DNA of 64,000 nt from an uncultured Planctomycetaceae bacterium (lineage in GTDB: Bacteria > Planctomycetota > Planctomycetia > Pirellulales > PALSA-1355): positions 5,733-69,732 of the forward strand of contig CALFYT010000076.1 of the NCBI GenBank assembly GCA_937952415.1, given 5' to 3'. Below are positions 49,782 to 58,821 of this stretch, in pieces. How positions within the stretch are numbered: the stretch's first letter is position 1; each line of letters opens with the position of its first letter. The position numbers were made by a program, and so were the translations under genes. Under the pieces are notes generated by a model. It saw nothing but the letters and a program-made list of their open reading frames with translations. It did no database searches and had not been told where the DNA came from.

Positions 49782-52187
49782 TCACCGTATGGCTTGGGCT
49801 TCGAGTGCGGGCGCGGCCGGGTCCATCGTGCCGCGCATTTCCATCGGCTGAAAAACGATCCACACGCCCGTCAAAAACAGCGCCACGATCAACCCGGCCC
49901 ACGGCGACACGGCGCGTAGCGCATTGCGGGAGCTGACAGTTCGGTCCTCGGCAATACGAAACGCCACGTACAGCGACATCAACATTCCGCCGTCGAGCAT
50001 CAGGATTTCGGCGTGCAGCAGACTGTCGGACGCCGGCCGGCAGCATGCCAATTGCCACATTGGCGCTCCCAGTCCCTGATAGCCCAGGTCGGCCACCAGC
50101 CGTTGCGTGGTGGGCACGATCGTATCGACGCTGGTCCAGAAATGAAACGTGTAGTGCGCCAACCACATCGCGAATCCAATCGGTACCAGCGCGAACGCGT
50201 ACCGCGTCGCGATCGTCGGCCAGGATTCCTCGCTGCGCCCCAGCGCGCGGCTCAAGCGGGCAGCGCCGCAGACCGCCACCAGCGGGACCACCACCAACGC
50301 GGCAACGTAGTACAGGCCGGTCGCCGCGAGCATCGACATGCCACCCACCGCGTCGCGCAGTCGGTCGATCCACGCGACCACCGGCGCGACCATGCCACCC
50401 GCATTGGCCAATGCGCCAAAAGTGAGCACGACGACGAGTGCCGCCAGATCCGCTCGCTGGCTGAACCGCCCCACGCCGCTGCGCAGCCGGTCACTCCACA
50501 ACTGGTGCGCATGCCCGACGGCCAGCACGCCGATATTCTCGTGGGGACAGGCCCGCACGCAATCGAGACAGAACGTGCAGTCCAGGTTGCCGCTTTTGCG
50601 CGGCGGATCCAGTTGCATCTGGCAGCCGGGAGCCGCGGTTGAGCCGCGAATGCACTCCCGCGTGCGGCACGACGCACAGATCGCCGGCTCGCGGACTTTA
50701 ACTTCCCACGGTGAAACGAGCGACTGCACAAAGTTGAACTGGCCGATCGGACAGACGTATTTGCAAAACGTTGCCTCGCGGAACAGACAGTCGACGACCA
50801 GCGCCGCCGCGAAGTACCCCACCACGATCCAAGCAGTCAGCCAGGGACTGTCCCACAGTGCAAATGCTTCGTAACTCCACAAGAAGAGGCCCAATAGCGC
50901 GACGGCCGGCCATTTAGTTCGGAGCGCGCTCGGCCAGCGCAAGCCGGCTCCAGGAAGCCGCCGCGCCACTGCCCGCGACAGCGTGAATGGACAGGCCATG
51001 CAGAAAAAGTTGCCCGCGACAAGCAAGCCCAGCACGAGCACGCCGCGCCAATGAATCCACGGGACGACGCCGGCCAGGTTCATCGGCGCCGCGTCGGGAC
51101 CGCGCAGCCCGTCGTACACGAGGATGGCCGCCAGCAGGGCCATCGTCCACTGCATGCCAACGCGCACTTTCGCTGAACGTAACAACCGGCCGAAGAGCGG
51201 CACGCCGAGCACGTCGGGCGCCGGACGAGTCACTGTCACCGTCGCGGCCGAAGGCACGCCGTTCAAGACGACCAGCGCTCCCTTCGGCGCGGCGGATGTC
51301 ACGCCGGTAGAAGTCGCGCCTCCGCGATGCGCGATGGCGGTGCTCACCGCGAATCGCCGACGTCGCTTCGATTGCGAAGGCGACAGCAGCGTCACGACAA
51401 TGGCAAACAGCGGCAAGAGCAGGGCGATCGATCCGGCGACCCACAGGGTGGCCCCCGCAGCCGCCTGATCGACTAGCGCGTCGATCCCGCCGACGCGCGG
51501 CACTGCGGCATAGTGCGGATAAATGACGCGTCCTGAGAACGTCAACCATGCCGCCAACACCGTGTTCTGCACGCCCGCCAGTACCAGGTACGGCAGCAAC
51601 ACCCACTCGTTCCAGCGCGGCCGGCTCGGGTAGGGTCGCACGATCGGGTACCAGAACAGTAAACCCGCGACGGCAAAACAGAGATGTTCGACGACGTGCC
51701 AACCCGGACTGCGCAGCGCCAGTTCGTAGCATTGTGGCAGATGCCAAAGCCAGGTCGTCGCCACCAGCGAAAGCCAGGCGATGAGCGGACGTGTCAGCCA
51801 CCCAAACAGTTGCCGCAATGGCCGCCAGCGCAACAACGGAAAGACCCACACCGTGCGCACCTCGTGTGGCAATCCGCGCAGCATCGGAATCAGTGGTGCC
51901 GCCAACCAAACGAGCGGCGGTGCGACCACCATCAGCAACAGGTGCTGCACCATGTGCATCTGCAAGAGCAGCGACGCGAACGGCTCGATCGGCGAAGCCA
52001 GCGCCAAGTAAATCGCAGCCAGGCCTGCGCCCATCGCCGCCAGTCGACCGCCGTGCCATCGCGCCGGATCGCGCTGCCGTAGCGCGAGCCAGCCACGCAA
52101 GTAAATGCCGAAACTGATCACCAGCACCGCCGCCAGCGCCGGATCGCTCGGCCAGGAACGCAGAAATGCATCCAGCGTGGGACTCAT
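49782..52187 (-). CDS. Fusion: caa3-type cytochrome oxidase assembly factor CtaG (PF09678-like) :: FixG/CcoG-like polyferredoxin membrane protein
   Basis: N-terminal ~270 aa has SLLLQMHMVQHLLLMVVAPPL-type CtaG helices. The C-terminal half has CMACPF, CKYVCPIGQF, CASCRTRECI and CTFCLDCVRACP Fe-S motifs plus additional TM helices. Confidence 0.8.
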   Translation of the reverse strand: MSPTLDAFLRSWPSDPALAAVLVISFGIYLRGWLALRQRDPARWHGGRLAAMGAGLAAIYLALASPIEPFASLLLQMHMVQHLLLMVVAPPLVWLAAPLIPMLRGLPHEVRTVWVFPLLRWRPLRQLFGWLTRPLIAWLSLVATTWLWHLPQCYELALRSPGWHVVEHLCFAVAGLLFWYPIVRPYPSRPRWNEWVLLPYLVLAGVQNTVLAAWLTFSGRVIYPHYAAVPRVGGIDALVDQAAAGATLWVAGSIALLLPLFAIVVTLLSPSQSKRRRRFAVSTAIAHRGGATSTGVTSAAPKGALVVLNGVPSAATVTVTRPAPDVLGVPLFGRLLRSAKVRVGMQWTMALLAAILVYDGLRGPDAAPMNLAGVVPWIHWRGVLVLGLLVAGNFFCMACPFTLSRAVARRLPGAGLRWPSALRTKWPAVALLGLFLWSYEAFALWDSPWLTAWIVVGYFAAALVVDCLFREATFCKYVCPIGQFNFVQSLVSPWEVKVREPAICASCRTRECIRGSTAAPGCQMQLDPPRKSGNLDCTFCLDCVRACPHENIGVLAVGHAHQLWSDRLRSGVGRFSQRADLAALVVVLTFGALANAGGMVAPVVAWIDRLRDAVGGMSMLAATGLYYVAALVVVPLVAVCGAARLSRALGRSEESWPTIATRYAFALVPIGFAMWLAHYTFHFWTSVDTIVPTTQRLVADLGYQGLGAPMWQLACCRPASDSLLHAEILMLDGGMLMSLYVAFRIAEDRTVSSRNALRAVSPWAGLIVALFLTGVWIVFQPMEMRGTMDPAAPALEAQAIR

Positions 52188-52202
52188 CGCGCAACTCGCG
52201 TT

Positions 52203-53681
52203 TTACTGTTCGCCGGACGCCACCAGATCGCGCGGCGCGCCGGCCGGTGGTTGTCTCTCGGGCCGCAAGCTGACCATGAAGTCGACGACCATCGCCATTT
52301 CGTCCGGCGTCATCTGCTTGCCGAACGCGGGCATGTTTCCGCCGCCGGGCGTTCCGTTGCTCACCTGATCGATCATCTTGTTGCGCGTCAGCCGCGTGCC
52401 GATGGTGGTCAGATCCGGCCCGCGCCGCCCGCCAATGCCGTCCAGCGCGTGGCAGTTTCGGCAATTCTTGTATTGAAAGACCAGCGCACCTTGCAGCTCG
52501 CGCGGCGTCGAGCGTTTGACAAGATTCACCGGCACGGGGTCGCCGGTCCACGCATCCATCACCGGCGACCACGGCGCAACGACTCCCTGATAGGTCAGCA
52601 CCCCCAGCGCCGTGTAAACGACGATTACCAGCAGCACGGCGACAGGCCGCTTGCTCGGTGCCCGTTCACCCCGATTGCTCACCAGCGGCACCAACATCAA
52701 CGCCACGATCACGATCACCGGCAGGACGAGCATGATGAACGTTTCAATGCTCGGCGGGCTCAGCGCCAACAGTGCGAAGATCCACAAAAAGGGCCACTCA
52801 GGCCGCGGGTTCGCGCCGCTGACAATCGGATCCGGCGGGCCGCTCGGACCCTTGGGCCCCATGATCGCCGCGACGCACACCACGACGATCACCGCCAACG
52901 CCGAAAAGCAGATGTCTTTCATGATCGCGTCGCCCAGAAACGGCACGCCGCGCTTCAGCTCCTCATGGTACGCGGCGTCGTACGTGGCCGGATTTACTGG
53001 CTCGCCCGCAACCGGCGGCGCGCTGATCCCACACTTCAGCACCAGCCACAAGTGAAGGCCGACCAGCGTCAGCAGTGCGCCGGGAATGACAAATACGTGC
53101 AGCGCGTAGAACCGGCTGAGCGAGCCCGCGCCGATAATCGGTCCGCCGAGAAGCAGCTCGACCACCTGCGGCCCGATGCCCGGCACGCGCCCAGCCATCG
53201 AGCCCGCCACCGCCAGCCCCCAATACGCGTCCGGATCCCATCGCAGGATCTGACCCGAAAAGAACATGCCCAGCGTACACGCGAACAACCCGACACCGAC
53301 CAGCCACGTCAACTCGCGCGGATACTTGTACGCCCCGTGGATGAACACTTGGGTCATGTGAACCAGCACCATCACGACCATTCCCGAGCCGGCGTAGTAG
53401 TGCAACGCCCGCAAGAACCAGCCGAACGGATGCTGGTAATCGAGATACAGCAACGTATCGTAGGCTTCCTCGGCCGAGGGCACGTAAACCAGCGAGAGCC
53501 CGATGCCGGTGACGATCTGAAGCATCAGAAACGTGAGCGACGCGCTGCCGAACACGTACCACCAGCCCATCGGACCGTCGACGGCCCGCGGAATCGGATG
53601 GCGCATCATCGGCAGCAGCGTTTCGCTGAACCCGATGCGAACATCAATCCATCGTCCGATGGATTTTAGCCAGCCGATCAT
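52203..53681 (-). CDS. Cytochrome b (bc-complex) with C-terminal fused mono-haem cytochrome c domain
   Basis: Cytochrome b blocks (WWYVFGSASLTFLMLQIVTG, RALHYYAGSGMVVMVLVHM). C-terminal CRNCHALDG ... GGNMPAFG class-I cytochrome c domain. Confidence 0.9.
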   Translation of the reverse strand: MIGWLKSIGRWIDVRIGFSETLLPMMRHPIPRAVDGPMGWWYVFGSASLTFLMLQIVTGIGLSLVYVPSAEEAYDTLLYLDYQHPFGWFLRALHYYAGSGMVVMVLVHMTQVFIHGAYKYPRELTWLVGVGLFACTLGMFFSGQILRWDPDAYWGLAVAGSMAGRVPGIGPQVVELLLGGPIIGAGSLSRFYALHVFVIPGALLTLVGLHLWLVLKCGISAPPVAGEPVNPATYDAAYHEELKRGVPFLGDAIMKDICFSALAVIVVVCVAAIMGPKGPSGPPDPIVSGANPRPEWPFLWIFALLALSPPSIETFIMLVLPVIVIVALMLVPLVSNRGERAPSKRPVAVLLVIVVYTALGVLTYQGVVAPWSPVMDAWTGDPVPVNLVKRSTPRELQGALVFQYKNCRNCHALDGIGGRRGPDLTTIGTRLTRNKMIDQVSNGTPGGGNMPAFGKQMTPDEMAMVVDFMVSLRPERQPPAGAPRDLVASGEQ

Positions 53682-53721
53682 CGATGCACCTTGCGTCGCC
53701 GCGTTGGTATCGTCGCCGCTC

Positions 53722-54276
53722 TCATGCCGTGTCCTTGAGTGTGTCTTGCAGCGTCGGATAGTGCGGAGCCTGAATCTCGAGCGTGTCGCCGCTCACGCGC
53801 CATACACAGTGATACAACCCGCGCGGCGGCGGGCCCGAGGCGCGCGATCCGTCCGAGTAGTACACGCCACCATGGCACGGGCACATGAACAGTCCCGACT
53901 GCGGGAACCACGACACAGGGCAGCCCAGGTGCGCGCAATTGACCGCCAGCACTAGAAACTGCGCTTCGCCGTCCGGATCGTCCGTGCCCAGGTTGCGCAC
54001 GTAGACCCCGGTTTGACTGGTGATGCCGTCCCACGGTTGGCGCAACGGGTTGTCGAACGTGACATGGCGCGTTTCGTACTGCGGAAAGTCGGCGACCTTG
54101 CCCATCGTTACCCAAAAGACCTTCGGTTTGCCCAAGCCGACCAGGTAGCCGACGATCGGCACTCCGGCCATCGCCGCGGCGACGGCACCCGCCGCGCCGG
54201 TGATCCAGCGAAAAAAGGTGCGCCTGGCCGGCGTCTTCTCGTGCTCTGGCGTCGCGGCGGTTGAGTTCGTGTCCAT
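53722..54276 (-). CDS. Rieske 2Fe-2S subunit
   Basis: Start ATG 54276 (MDTNSTAA...). Tat-like RRTFFRWITGAAGAVAAA. CAHLGCP ... CPCHGG cluster motifs. Confidence 0.9.
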   Translation of the reverse strand: MDTNSTAATPEHEKTPARRTFFRWITGAAGAVAAAMAGVPIVGYLVGLGKPKVFWVTMGKVADFPQYETRHVTFDNPLRQPWDGITSQTGVYVRNLGTDDPDGEAQFLVLAVNCAHLGCPVSWFPQSGLFMCPCHGGVYYSDGSRASGPPPRGLYHCVWRVSGDTLEIQAPHYPTLQDTLKDTA

Positions 54277-54346
54277 CGATCGTGCCTTGGTTTTTCGTGG
54301 TGGCCCGTTCTTGCGTTTCTCTATTCGTTTTTTTTCATTGCACGGC

Positions 54347-55132
54347 TCAGGGTTGCATGGCCACGTCACCGCGTTGCCGCCAACTTGCCAACAGCGCGAC
54401 CAGGTCGTTGATCTCGTCGGAGGTCAAGGGCTGGTAGTCTGATGGCCGGCCCTCCGATTCGGCGTACGTAGGCATGCCCAGGTCCGGTCTGCCGGTGATG
54501 ATGATCCGCCGCAACGCCTGATCGCTGATAAGGCCCAGAAAGGCCGGGTCGTTAATCGCGCCGGCTTCGGAGAATTCGCCATCGCCTTGTTCGCCGTGGC
54601 ACTCCGCACATGCCCGCTCGAACAGCGCTTCGCCGCGTTTCGCGTCGCCCACCGTTCCGCCCGCCTCATCGGAGGACGCCAGGCGATACGCCGGCGGCGG
54701 CGACTCCGGCTTCTTGTCGGACTTCCAACGGGCCGGGATCTGCTCGGCGAGGATCTTGATTTGGGCGTCGGTCAGCGTCCCACCTGACGATCGGGCAAAG
54801 GCGGGCATCGGCGTTCCGTGGCGGCCATCGCGGACGATCTTTTCGATGTCGGCCACCGAAATGATTTCTAGAAACAACGGATCGTTCAGCGGCGGAGCAG
54901 GCCCCAGTTTGCCGTCGGCCCCGTGGCAGCCGGAGCAGCGATGCCGGAACAAGACGTCGAAGTCGACGATCTGGCCTGGCGTCTTCGGACGATCGTCGGG
55001 ATTCGGCTTGCCCGGCGGAACGCAGCCTGGCGCCAGTAGCACAGCGCCTAGCGCGATCGCCAGCAGCCGGCGGCGCGCGTCGATGCCGCGATCGTGTTGC
55101 GTCTTGCTGGTCGGTGGTTCGGATCGTTCCAT
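54347..55132 (-). CDS. Dihaem c-type cytochrome (QcrC-like)
   Basis: Two CxxCH sites (CSGCHGADG, CAECHGEQG), each followed by a Met-containing class-I domain. N-terminal lipobox-like LLAPGC. Confidence 0.85.
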   Translation of the reverse strand: MERSEPPTSKTQHDRGIDARRRLLAIALGAVLLAPGCVPPGKPNPDDRPKTPGQIVDFDVLFRHRCSGCHGADGKLGPAPPLNDPLFLEIISVADIEKIVRDGRHGTPMPAFARSSGGTLTDAQIKILAEQIPARWKSDKKPESPPPAYRLASSDEAGGTVGDAKRGEALFERACAECHGEQGDGEFSEAGAINDPAFLGLISDQALRRIIITGRPDLGMPTYAESEGRPSDYQPLTSDEINDLVALLASWRQRGDVAMQP

Positions 55133-55135
55133 GTG

Positions 55136-56422
55136 CTATCTCGACGATGCTTCCGCGCCGGTGGTGCCCGGTCCGGCCGGTTGGACGACAATCTGCTCCG
55201 AGCGAACCACTACCAGCGCCGCCACGATGCCAAACACAAACTGCGATATTACAAACCACGGCCAGTCGACATACGTTTGCATCAACGGGTTGACGACTCC
55301 CATCAGCCCGTAGCTCGAAGCGGTCCACAATAGCGGCATGATCAACCCGCCCCAAACGATCGGCGCGGGTATGGCCGGCACGCGCGGCAGGATGATTCCA
55401 AACGCCAGGCCAAAGCTAAGGGACAATAGTGCGTGCGTCGCCAAAGCGGCCACCAGCATGTTCGGATGATATTGATCGAGCTCGGCCACCGGCATTTCGG
55501 CGGCATGCCGCATCGCCATGGCCGAAAGCAGATTAACCGGATACCAAATTGTGTGTTTGGAAAGCACTGCCCACGCGAACGCCGGGATCGGCATCAGCAG
55601 TCCGCCGGCGATGCCGCAAATCGCCCCGGCCGTAACCGGATGTCGGTTTTCCAGCCGTATGAACACCAGCGCCGCGACGATGCCAAAGATGAACTGCGAA
55701 ACGACGAACCATGGCCAATCGATGCGCACCCGAACGCCCGGATTGAAAAAGCCCAGCGCCACAAAGCTCAGGGCCGTCCAAAACAGCGGCATCAAGACGG
55801 CGCCCCACGCCAACGGCTTGCGCACCTTGGGCAACATCGGCATCAGCACGCCGTATATCAATCCGAGCACGAGCGACACGCTCACGTGAATCGCGGCTCC
55901 CATCGCGAACAGCGTCGGGCGAAAGGTTTCCAGATCCTCCACGCCAGACTCGCCTACGCCCGGCAGCACCATGCCCGCCAGCAAGTTGATCGGCAACCAG
56001 ATGCCGCGCCCGTTGACCAGACAATAGATTAACGCCGGGATCGGCATCACCAGCCCGCCGACGATGCCGCCCTTGATACCGGCCGATAAGGGATGGACCC
56101 GTTCCGGCAGTCGCAGCCGATAGCCGGGCATGCCGGGACGAACCTGCTGCACTCCGCCCGCGGCGCCAGAGACCGGCTGCGCGCGCAATGCCGGCTCGAC
56201 CCATGGTTCGACGTGATGCCCCCGGCCGGGCAACAAATGGCTGACCCACGTCCCCAAGCTCAGCACGAATAATATCGCGCCGACAAGTAAGAATGCGTAG
56301 CTGGTTGCCACGCCCAGCGCAGCAAGCGCGATGCCCAGCGCCATCACCAGCGGCGCAACGGTCGGCGCTGGCATTCGGACCGATTGTGGGCTGTCGGAGG
56401 ACTTGGCCGGTTCGCTACTCAT
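55136..56422 (-). CDS. Polytopic membrane protein of unknown function with internal tandem duplication
   Basis: ATG 56422 overlaps the ctaE stop (ATGA). The two halves align: GGLVMPIPALIYCLVNGRGIWLPINLLAGM / GGLLMPIPAFAWAVLSKHTIWYPVNLLSAM, and IDWPWFVVSQFIFGIVAALVFIR / VDWPWFVISQFVFGIVAALVVVR. Confidence 0.7.
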   Translation of the reverse strand: MSSEPAKSSDSPQSVRMPAPTVAPLVMALGIALAALGVATSYAFLLVGAILFVLSLGTWVSHLLPGRGHHVEPWVEPALRAQPVSGAAGGVQQVRPGMPGYRLRLPERVHPLSAGIKGGIVGGLVMPIPALIYCLVNGRGIWLPINLLAGMVLPGVGESGVEDLETFRPTLFAMGAAIHVSVSLVLGLIYGVLMPMLPKVRKPLAWGAVLMPLFWTALSFVALGFFNPGVRVRIDWPWFVVSQFIFGIVAALVFIRLENRHPVTAGAICGIAGGLLMPIPAFAWAVLSKHTIWYPVNLLSAMAMRHAAEMPVAELDQYHPNMLVAALATHALLSLSFGLAFGIILPRVPAIPAPIVWGGLIMPLLWTASSYGLMGVVNPLMQTYVDWPWFVISQFVFGIVAALVVVRSEQIVVQPAGPGTTGAEASSR

Positions 56423-57078
56423 CCGCCCCCTCCCACCGCGGTCAAGTAAACCACACAGAACACGACGATCCACACGCCGTCGACAAAGTGCCAATACCAC
56501 GCCACCAACTCCGGACCGGTTTGGTTTTCGTGCGTGACTTTGCGGCGTAGCGCCAGCAGCAGCACGACGAGCATGGCTGTGACGCCGCCGGTGACGTGCA
56601 GCGCGTGAAATCCGACCAGCGTGTAAAACGTGGTGCCAAACAGGTTGCGGCTGATCGTCAACCCTTTGTCGAAGATCAGTTCGCGCCATTCGTAGGCCGT
56701 TCCGGCCAAAAAAGCGATTCCCAGCACGATCGTGCCAAACCACAACAGGCAGAACAGTCCCTGGTTGCCACGCTCCAGGGCGCGCTGCGCGGCGTGCACC
56801 ACGACGCTGCTGGAGAGCAAGCAGATCGTGGTGCCGATCACCAGCGGCAACGAGAGAGCTTCCGACGGCGTCGGGCCGACCGTGTCTTGCCCCATGAACG
56901 CGACGTAGGCCACGATCAGCGTGGTAAAAAACGCCACCTCCGAGATCAAAAAACTGATCATGCCCCACTGCGGCGCCGAGAGATTCCGTTCGGCGACCAC
57001 CGGTGGCGGCGTGGGGTAGATCGACGTTCCGGCTGACATCCGCGATTCCTCCGTTGGCGCCGTCCGCGGCGGCGTCAT
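56419..57078 (-). CDS. ctaE: Cytochrome c oxidase subunit III
   Basis: FLISEVAFFTTLIVAY, GFHALHVTGGV and WYWHFVDGVWIVVF blocks. Confidence 0.85.
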   Translation of the reverse strand: MTPPRTAPTEESRMSAGTSIYPTPPPVVAERNLSAPQWGMISFLISEVAFFTTLIVAYVAFMGQDTVGPTPSEALSLPLVIGTTICLLSSSVVVHAAQRALERGNQGLFCLLWFGTIVLGIAFLAGTAYEWRELIFDKGLTISRNLFGTTFYTLVGFHALHVTGGVTAMLVVLLLALRRKVTHENQTGPELVAWYWHFVDGVWIVVFCVVYLTAVGGGG

Positions 57079-57109
57079 GTCCTGCGTTGCCCGGCAGCCC
57101 GAGCGGCGC

Positions 57110-58777
57110 TCATTCGTATAACCAGTCCGGATCGTCCGGATGTTGCAAATCCCAAAGCGGCCGGCGGCTGTGGACCGTCGGCGTTTCCTCGAAGTTGTAC
57201 GACGAGGGCGGCGACGTGGTGGACCATTCCAGCGTCCACGCGTCCCATGGGTTGTCGCCGGCCGGCTTGCCCTTCTTCAGCGACACCACCAGGTTGTAGA
57301 TGAAGATCAAGTAGCTGGGCGCTTGCACCACCGCGCCGAGCGTTGCCAGTTGGTTCCACAACGTCCAGCCCGTTTCCGGGCCGTATGTGTAGATCCGCCG
57401 CGGCATCCCGAGCATGCCCGAGATGTGCATCGGGCCGAACGTGAGCATGAAGCCGATGTACAACAGCCAGAAGTGCCACTTCGCCAATCGTTCCGACATC
57501 ATCCGGCCGGCCACCTTTGGGTACCAGTAGTAGATGCCCGCGATCGTGCCGAACAGCGTTCCGCCGATCAGCACCCAATGAAAGTGCCCCACCACGAAAT
57601 AGCTGTCCGACAGTTGAAAGTCGAACGGCGCCGCGGCTAGCATGATTCCGGTCAGCCCGCCGATCAGAAACATCGAAAGGAAACCATAGGCAAACAGCAT
57701 GGGCGACGCGAATCGGATGCGTCCGCCGTACATCGTGGCCAGCCAGTTGAAGAACTTGATCCCCGTCGGAATCGAAACCAGCAGGCTTGCTGCGGCAAAG
57801 TACAAGTCGAGCGTGCGATTCATGCCCACGCAAAACATGTGATGCGCCCACACACCCAAGCTGATGAACACGATCGCCATCGTCGCCGCGGCCATGAATT
57901 CGTAACCGAACAGCACCTTGCGCGAGAAGACGGGGATCACCTCGGAGATGATCCCGAACACCGGCAGGATCAGAATGTAAACCTCCGGGTGGCCGAAGAA
58001 CCAGAACAAGTGCTGCCACAAATAGGCCGACCCGCCGTTCGACACGTCGAAGAAGTGTGCGTTCAACTGCCGGTCGAGCAGGATCATCACCAGCGCCGCG
58101 GTCAGCGGCGGAATCGCAATCAGCATTTGCACGGCGGTCCACAGCATCGTCCAGACGAAGAACGGCAGCCGGCCCAGCGTCATGCCGCGGGCTCGCATGC
58201 CCAGGATCGTGGCAATGAAGTTCACCGCGGCGGTGATCGTGCCGATGCCGCTGATGATCAGGCCCACCGCCCAAAAGTCGGTCGCGGCGCTGCGGGCAAA
58301 CGTGTGTTCGGTCAGCGGCGCATAGGCAAACCAGCCGATGGCCGGCGCGCCGCCGGTGGCGAAACTGAAGTAGACGACCAACCCGCCGAACAATGTGATC
58401 CAGAAGCCAAAGGCGTTCATCCGCGGAAAGGCCATGTCGCGCGCGCCGATCATCAGCGGCACCAGGTAGTTGCCCGCCCCGATCAAGATCGGCATGCCGA
58501 CGAAGAATACCATCGTCGTGCCGTGCATCGTGAACAACTGATTGAACGCCTCGGGCCCGAGGACGTCGTTGTTGGGCATCGCCAACTGCCAGCGCATTAG
58601 CATCGCTTCGCAGCCACCGATCACCAAGAACACCAGGCTCATCAGCACGTACATGATGCCGATGCGCTTGTGGTCGACCGTGGTGGTCCAACCGTGCAGC
58701 CACCCGGCCCAGTTTTCGCCCGCCGCCGTGTGCGGCGCCGCGTGTCCCTGCGTGTGTGATGGTTGGGCGAGTGACAT
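57110..58777 (-). CDS. ctaD: Cytochrome c oxidase subunit I
   Basis: Start ATG 58777 (MSLAQPSH...). TVDHKRIGIMY, WFFGHPEVYILILP and HHMF blocks. The upstream 227 codons of ORF ..59458 overlap ctaC out of frame. Confidence 0.95.
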   Translation of the reverse strand: MSLAQPSHTQGHAAPHTAAGENWAGWLHGWTTTVDHKRIGIMYVLMSLVFLVIGGCEAMLMRWQLAMPNNDVLGPEAFNQLFTMHGTTMVFFVGMPILIGAGNYLVPLMIGARDMAFPRMNAFGFWITLFGGLVVYFSFATGGAPAIGWFAYAPLTEHTFARSAATDFWAVGLIISGIGTITAAVNFIATILGMRARGMTLGRLPFFVWTMLWTAVQMLIAIPPLTAALVMILLDRQLNAHFFDVSNGGSAYLWQHLFWFFGHPEVYILILPVFGIISEVIPVFSRKVLFGYEFMAAATMAIVFISLGVWAHHMFCVGMNRTLDLYFAAASLLVSIPTGIKFFNWLATMYGGRIRFASPMLFAYGFLSMFLIGGLTGIMLAAAPFDFQLSDSYFVVGHFHWVLIGGTLFGTIAGIYYWYPKVAGRMMSERLAKWHFWLLYIGFMLTFGPMHISGMLGMPRRIYTYGPETGWTLWNQLATLGAVVQAPSYLIFIYNLVVSLKKGKPAGDNPWDAWTLEWSTTSPPSSYNFEETPTVHSRRPLWDLQHPDDPDWLYE

Positions 58778-58821
58778 GGACCGAATCGTTTCCTTGCCGT
58801 GGTGCTGTTCGTGGCGCGGTG

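Noticed and set aside
56423-56968. Upstream 182 codons of ORF 55136..56968
   Set aside because: It overlaps ctaE out of frame and is Arg/His-rich. The ATG 56422 overlap with the ctaE stop is a typical coupling arrangement.
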